Shown here: positions 22,114 to 64,000 of the stretch, piece by piece
Layout of the letters: each line of letters starts with the position of its first letter
How positions within the stretch are numbered: the stretch's first letter is position 1
Program-made: the position numbers and the translations under genes
Origin: Chrysomallon squamiferum
Lineage: Eukaryota > Animalia > Mollusca
Direction of reading: 5' to 3'
Assembly: GCA_012295275.1 (NCBI GenBank)
Contig: CM022670.1
Span: 31,806,001-31,870,000, forward strand
DNA length: 64,000 nt
The notes under the pieces: model-generated
What the model was told of the DNA's origin: nothing
Seen by the model: the letters and a program-made list of their open reading frames with translations, nothing else
Databases searched by the model: none

Positions 22114-23531
22114 AATAAAAATATCAATAATACATTTAGTATTACTAGACCTGAAAATATTCATCTGATTCTGTTGAATATTTATTTATTTTTTGAAGAT
22201 GAGATTATTCATATTCAGGAGACATTTCTATAATTTTATCATACTGATTAAATTTGTTTAAGTCACTGGTAAGATGAATAATAATTGAAATTATGTTTAC
22301 AAATCAGATTAGAAGTAAAAAAAAAACCTGCCTATTAAGGGATACTGAACACTTAAGAGGAAAATACTATCAGATACAGTTATAATGAATGTTAATAACC
22401 AGAGATGTGCTAGAGCACCATAATAATGATTAGAAAGATTTATAATACTGTAAATTATTTGTTATATTTTGGTTGAGTTCTTAAATTCATTTTTGGTCAT
22501 TAATGCAATTATCATACTTTATTATATTTTATAATAAATTCTTTAATATCATTGTTTATATTTCATTTCTTTAACAAGTAGAGGTTTTGTTGTTCAAACA
22601 ACATACATCATGGATCCCTTTGATCTTTTCCACAGTTATTTAAAGAAAAATACTTTAAAAGTTAAATATGTGACATATATATCACTATAAATATGTCATC
22701 TGCAATCATGAAACTGAAGACTGGTGCTGGACAGGGCTGGTTAAAGATCAATCAACTGAGGTACTATATGCTAGGAGGGTAACACATCATGGATTTGAAA
22801 TGTTCCAAATACATATGGAAAAACTTAAAATAATCAATTAGAAAGTAAGATTATTCATTCTGTTAAAGTTATCAAATTGTGAAAACAAATGAGAAAGAAT
22901 ATTTCTACCATGACCCTGGGCATCAACTCTAAAGCAGCTGTGGTGATGACATACATTCACCCAAGACTGTACATTGGTGACATAATTACTCAACCAATAT
23001 ATTTACCTGCCAGTGTAGACTGGTGATCGAATACACACTCTAGTAACATTAAGTCAGGTTCATTCTAAGACCAAGCTTCACACTATTATATCAATTTTGT
23101 TACGTATAGCAAAGATTAAAATATTTCATTTATCCTTTCAGCTTTAATCATAACAAAAATTGAAATATGTAATAACTGAATATTCAAATTTGTTTAATAT
23201 TTTTTTTTTTTTTTTTTATTAATTTTATTCATTATGACTTGATGTGATAAATTTGCATTATTGCTATTTGCCACAACTACTAGAATGTGCTTTCCTGTTC
23301 AAGTGAAAAGGTATGTGAAAGTTATCTTTCTGGGAATCAAACATTTAAGAGACTCATTTATGATGCATACCTCAAACAAACATAGGAATAATCTGTATGT
23401 AAAGTCCATTAAATGTAATTTAATAAAACATAAAGGAAGCTTCTCTTCTAAAATTTAAATACAGGAAATACTAGTGATTTTTTCTTCTTTTTATAATATA
23501 CAGCCTCTCTGTTTATCACTGCCTCTCTATA

Positions 23532-23567
<36 letters not shown>

Positions 23568-24303
23568 TCTCTCTCTCTCTCTGAATACTCGTTTAAGGAA
23601 GACAGTACAAAAAACAGCAACAATATTCTACTTTGTGAAAAACTTTTTTTTATTTGCTACAGAGAATGTAAACATACAGTTTTTAAAATCTGTGAAATTT
23701 TAAAAAGAAATAAAAAGAAATGAAAATTGAAAAAAATAAAACAAAAAAAACAACTGTAGATATATCTCATTTTGTTCCCTCCTGGAAGCACCTATTTGGA
23801 AGTATCTACCATATACCATGACAAAATAATTCACTTAAAAATAATAATTAAAAAGAAATACAGAATTTGTTTTTTAAAAAACAGTTAGTGGTAATTTCAT
23901 TATTTATATCATAATATATTCTGTACACAGCTCCTGGTAAACAGATGTCTTCATTTTGATTCTTAAATCTGTGCACTTACATTAGAAACAGATTAGCAAA
24001 TCAAGTATTTATAAAAAAAATATTTTGCATTTCCTTGGCAGTTTTGCCATTACAGGTATATAAATGTCATGGGGAGAAGTTATAGTTATTTACAATTTAT
24101 TTTTTAAAGTGACAAAATATTTTTAAATAAAAAAAAATAAAAAATAAAAAAAATACACCATTACAATGATTTGAAATGTTAGTGCTAAATGTAACTACAT
24201 GTACAATAAACTTGATATTTTTAACTTTATATATTTAACATCTGTTGAATAAAGGTAGATACCTAAAAATTCTTAATTCATGGTCTGCCACTGGTAAACA
24301 ATT

Positions 24304-24321
24304 TATATATATATATATGCA

Positions 24322-24415
<94 letters not shown>

Positions 24416-24436
24416 CACACATACACACACACACAT
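24304..24436. repeat. Compound (TA)n-(GT)n-(TA)n-(CA)n microsatellite
   Basis: (GT)n and (CA)n arms flank a TA spacer; a similar arrangement occurs at 25120-25190. Confidence 0.9.
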
Positions 24437-25148
24437 TACTTCAACTTTAAAAAAAATGTAAACCATGGCTGAATGAGATATCAAATGAACAGTAAATTGA
24501 TATGATAAAAATGAAAGTGAATTTTAGTGTTAATTGCATTTTTAAATATAATTATGATAAAATCATTTGATGAGATAAATGGGAGAAAACAAATGTGTGT
24601 ATATATATATATATATTTTAAAAATTTCTAAAGCTTAAATATAAAATATGCAAGGATAAATCAAACTACTGTGAACTACAACTTAATGCTTCACTTAAAA
24701 TAATTATTATAAATTACTAAATTTATTTAATAATTTCATCAGTCCAAATTTTAAGAACAGTTACTAATTAATTTTCATTACTGATTTTGTTTTTTGTGCT
24801 CAAGAACTCGATTAAAGAAAAAGCAAGAATGGTTTTTTGAGAAATGTCATTCTGACACAAATAAAATATACCCTAACTTTACAAAATGGTAATTTATAAT
24901 TCAATTTTTCTTTGGATTTTGTACAAGTAATTTTATTGTTATAATTTTTTTTTATCAACATTCAGTGTCATGACACAATCAAGATATAAGAAACTCCTCA
25001 ATTTTATTAACTCTAATGGAATCAAATATATTATAAATTTTATATATTCATTTAATCTGGTGTACAGAAATTATTGATAATGATTTTATATACCATATAT
25101 GTATGTTTATATATAGACATATGTGTGTGTGTGTGTGAGAGTGTGTAT

Positions 25149-25195
<47 letters not shown>

Positions 25196-27391
25196 AAAAT
25201 TGTTTACTTTTTATATAGTGTTCAGAATTCATTAAATATTTTCATTTAATTGTTTTATATTAACTGGAGAAATCCTGAGACGAATGCAGTTGTGAAATTA
25301 TCTTATTTGATTATGTGTGGTTTATAATTATTCTGTTGGAAGGGGTGAAGAGATATTTGAGCAAGAAACGTTAATAAAACAAATAATGTAATCTTTACTA
25401 CAAAACAAAGGAGATTTCTACTGGAGATCTGCAATTAGTTTTAACCATATACAAAAAACACTGGTGCTCATCGTAAGATTGTTGCATAAATGAAGCAATA
25501 AATTTAATTATTTCATCAAATTGCATACAAGGAAAAAAATCTACAGTACTGCTTTTTTTTTTATCAACCAAGAAAGCAATTACCATTTGCTTTACAAAAC
25601 AAAAATCCATAGAATATGCATCTACTTTCTTGTTCCTGTCAATTGATCTTTTTTCTCACTTCAGAAGTCGGTGTACCAGACTGACCAAATCTGCCATCCA
25701 CTTCAAACTTGAAACCAGTCACAAAAACAGCTTTCACAATCTACTTTTGCATAGAATGAATAATTTAATAATTATTAAATAATGTACAAAGTGCTACAGC
25801 AAAACAAACTTGTTCAAAGGATGCTGATGCAGATGAACAATAAACCATTTTGTAAAAGATTGTATAAATGCTGATATTTAAAAATATTATTAACAAATAA
25901 TTAAAATGAAAAAAGTGAAGGAGGGCTGTAAGTACTATGACTAAAACAAAAAAGTCTAACAACAAATGGAATAAAAACTGGCAACAATTCAACTATTCTT
26001 GTCAACTACATTTCTTTTCTATTTTTTATTTCTTTCATTCAAAAAAATAAACATTATAAAATTAAAATCATTAAAACAGAAATTAGTTTGAATTTAAAAC
26101 CAAACACTTTAAAAACTTTGATGAACTTTTATAATAATAAAAGAAGGTTTTAATTCTTTAAATAAAATCTTCATTTATAAAAACAGAATTTATCCTTTTG
26201 AAAAGTATTATGAAAATGATTAGTAAATCTAATCCTCTTTCTTATACAAAGGTGAATCAGAGAGTTCCTTAAATTTATCTTATCAGTATATTTCTGATAG
26301 AAATTTCAAAATAATATTATCCTAGAGTTACACATACAAGTTATTACTTGATTTATAAATAAAGGTAATCCAGTAAGAAATTTTAAACACATGGAAATGT
26401 TTTCAGTAACAATGCTTGCCAACTGCTAGTATCAGACTGGTGACCAATCAAATAAAAGTTGCAAAAGTAAAACTGTTAAATGTTAAATGAAGGCAGTCAC
26501 ACTTGAGTGTCATGAACACACAAACTGTGGCAACAGTTTGAATATTGGTATAAATACTCTCAGTAATGAACTAAAATGACAGCAGTAATAATAATATTTT
26601 AAAAACACTCTGGATTCTGTTTTTAAATGTTCACAGATATTATGATATTGGAAAAGGGAAAAAGCTAGTACTAGTTTTGTAACATGTTTTGACATTTATC
26701 ATTTCAGATTAATATCATTTACAGAGTATGTTTCTGGCTCAAATCAGTCATAGTTCTTATTCCATTTATTTCAATATCAAATATCTGAACTGACAGAATT
26801 TGATAAATCTCTCTCTTAATAAACAAACTGGATAAAACAATTGTACATTTTATCAATAATATGGTGGTTCATTTTGTACTGGTTTTGGAATTACACTTAT
26901 CATAGAACCTTCTGATTCACCCTTATAACTTGTTAATGCTAATTAGAATATCAGAATTTTTCTTTTTAAATTTACCAAAGGAAATTCATTTATTTCTATT
27001 CTGTTACAAATAATTAAGCTACTGCTTAATTCAAGTCAGTAATTATATATTTATTTTCAAATTTCTGTTTTGTTCAAGGAAATAAATGTTTAAAACACAG
27101 AAAAAAATCTTGAGTTAATTAAATAATCAAATATTTTAAAAATAAATAAAAAGAAAAGAATATGTAAATGGCAACAAAGAACCTAAAAACTTTCCAGTAC
27201 TATATTTTTTTTCTGCTGCCAGAGTTAATTTTCTTCAGTAAGTCAAATGGAAATTTTAGTTTAATGAAAAGTGCACATGATTAACATCAGTGTCATACTA
27301 GAAAATTCTATATAATTTCAATTTATCAATCATTACAAAATATTCTAATACTGTGATGTCAAATCACTGATATTACTAAGGAATTCTGTAT

Positions 27392-27422
<31 letters not shown>

Positions 27423-29789
27423 TAAATAATTTGTAGTGAAATTATCTCTACAGTGAGATGCCATATGTATATTATTGAACAACAATTGCTACAATAAAAA
27501 CAATTCTTTTTTCTGATTTTTTAAAATCAAATTATGAATGAATATATATATATATATATATATATAAACTTCTGTATGTGTATAATTTTGAGTATTATAC
27601 ATAAACAATTGGCAATATTGTCTTGTTTGTACCATACTTAAATATTTTGCTAGTTAAATATCTACTTGGTAGACAACAAAACAGAATGTGGCTGCCATTA
27701 GTGGTTTATCCCAATAATAAAGTAAAAAGCCAACACTAACAGTATCCTTTCAAAACTGTAAAACCCTGAATATTAATTTAACAAATACTTTACATAATGG
27801 AAAACATGATTTTGGAAAGGGAGAAAAAAGTATACATCCTTTTAAAACATTTGAATTTGTTGTAAAAATTTCACTATAAAAACAAAATGTCAATATTGAA
27901 AAGCCAACAGTAAATAAATAAATAAATAAAAATAAATATTTAAAAAAAAGTTATTTTAAAACATTCTGAATTCTGTTTTTCACTGTAAAATTAAACCTTT
28001 GATATTGAGATGCTAGAATGGGGAAAACAATACTGATTTCCTAACATACATGTGGCAACTCTGTGCAGTAACTAATGTGAAATAACAGATAACAGGACAA
28101 CAGCAGGAAGAAATGACTCAGTATATCACAGCTTGTCAATGAGAAGAAACAAAAAAAAAACGTTGATAAGATGGTCATAATAAAACTATTTATACTATGT
28201 ACAGTGAATAACAGTGAACGTAAATGCAGTATTGGTCAGTAATAAATTGTAATTTTTTTTTTTTTTAAAACCCAACTGATTGGTGTTCAATATAAATAAC
28301 AATGTTTTCTTACCAGAAGAAAACATGAAAAAATAATAAAACAACATGCAGTATTAATATTACAATAAAATTCAAAAAATCCATTTCACATTTAATAAGC
28401 AAACCAGACAATGATAATTTGAAAGAACAGAAAAACAAAATAGACAACAACTAAAAAATCACAGAATAGTATGAATAAAAACAACAACATTAGGAAATTA
28501 TCTTTTTTAGCATGTGTAAACAGACTTATTATTCTTACAAATGCATGTAGTGTTGGAATGCTTTGTTGTTGTTGTTTTCTCTCAGTTGCCATCACTTTTT
28601 TCATTTACACAGGCAAAACAGCTTATATCAAAGAACAGATAAACTCAAAAGATGATAGCTTCTGAAATATATCACCAGTTTATCCCCTTGAGAACACTCC
28701 ATAGCCACGAACAATCACTGAATATGCACAAATTCTGACCAGTTCAGTTTTAGCTTTAATTTAACTTTCAGTAATATCTTTTTGCAAGTCCAAATCACAT
28801 ATGACTGACATCTGGAACACATTATGACCATAATATATGCAGTACCCTGTCAATACAGTAATTATATAGATGCTTTATATATATAAAAAAAAGCCCTAAT
28901 CTTTCAAAATAGGAGAAGAAAAAGAAAAATGCAAATAATAATTTCTTTTTCAAATTCTCAATGAAAAAAACATCTGAGCATCTGATTTGTATATCACAGA
29001 TGTGAAGACACTAGATCACAAACATGGCTTGCTCTGAGCAAACTTCTATATTCTGTTATTTATTTATCAGGTTCACCCAATTCACAGACTCTGTGTTTTA
29101 TATTATTAATTTCAGTGAAGAATGTAAGACAGAGAAATGTTACTGGTTTTGAAAACAAAAAGTTGTGTTATGAAAACATAAGACTAAAAAACCCTGTGTA
29201 TTCTTATCCTCATTGGAAAATGATCAAAACAGATACGAGTGTTTTGTGAATATTTCTTTTCAAATGTAGAGGGTAATGGTAAGTGACTATATTAGAAAAT
29301 AAGTATTTTAATTTAAAAACAAAAAAATCAAACAAAAACAAACATGTTATCTTGAAAAGGATGTCTTTTGTAAGTATTCAGATGCTGATACTATAAATAT
29401 GGAGGGCAGATTCAATATCTCAGTTGTATGCTATATTAATGGAGGTCAAATTCAAGAGTTGAAGATGGCTCATCTGGGGCCTGGAAAGTGGGTCATGTTA
29501 TTGGGATTGGAAGTTGCATTGTGTTAGTGGGACTTGAAAGCAAATACACTCCTGTTGTTATGGGTAGTAGATGAAAAGTAGACAATATCTTGTTGTAGTA
29601 GATGGAAAGTGGATAATGTTGTGTTCATACAAGTAACCAATGATATTTTCATCTTCAATAGTAGACAGATGTAAGGTACAGAGAACACTATGAAGAAAGT
29701 TTTGTAGTGAGCGATTCCTGTGACTGCCAGGACAGACAGAGACAGAAAGAGTTGGGTGAATATGAGTGTTTACTAGAGAAAGGCTGTGA

Positions 29790-63725
<33,936 letters not shown>

Positions 63726-64000
63726 CTGAAACAGAAAAATTGATATACATGAATAATTCAGAAGAACAAACAATGAACAAAAAGACATTTATGGTGATTA
63801 AAATCAAAATACATAGACACAATTACATGCATCAAAAGTTGTGCTATTATAAGCAGAATTTTCATAATATGTTTGTCAGCTGCCTTGGAGAAAAAAAAAA
63901 AAAAAAATGATAAATTAAGACAATTAAAGAACAGCAAATGAAAGAATGAATTATTTGTTGTAACAGTCCAGTGTATTTGAATATTAAGAGCTATCTAGTA

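Overview
Very AT-rich, microsatellite-rich eukaryotic DNA, most consistent with a mollusc (probably a gastropod; inferred from the enzyme family and repeats, not proven). The left third (1-22.1 kb) is a tandem array of at least five opine dehydrogenase (octopine/tauropine dehydrogenase family) paralogs. One is on the minus strand and runs off the window; four are on the plus strand. Each has an intronless CDS of about 400 codons with a splice acceptor 9-22 nt before the ATG. The copies differ at catalytic and substrate-binding positions: copy 1 has His->Asn at the catalytic His, copy 2 has rewritten conserved motifs, and copy 4 has an out-of-frame ATG. Two pogo/Tc1-mariner-type DNA elements sit in the array. 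The right part (29.8-63.7 kb, minus strand) is the 3' portion of a multi-exon AMPK-related (CAMKL, HUNK/MARK-like) Ser/Thr kinase with a UBA-like domain and a long disordered tail. Thirteen phase-consistent exons and three candidate frame-preserving small exons could be traced by hand. CpG content is high over about 4.2-21 kb and strongly depleted elsewhere. No rRNA, tRNA or CRISPR was recognised. All exon models and counts are manual, and reference residue numbering (Pecten octopine dehydrogenase) is recalled and should be verified by alignment.
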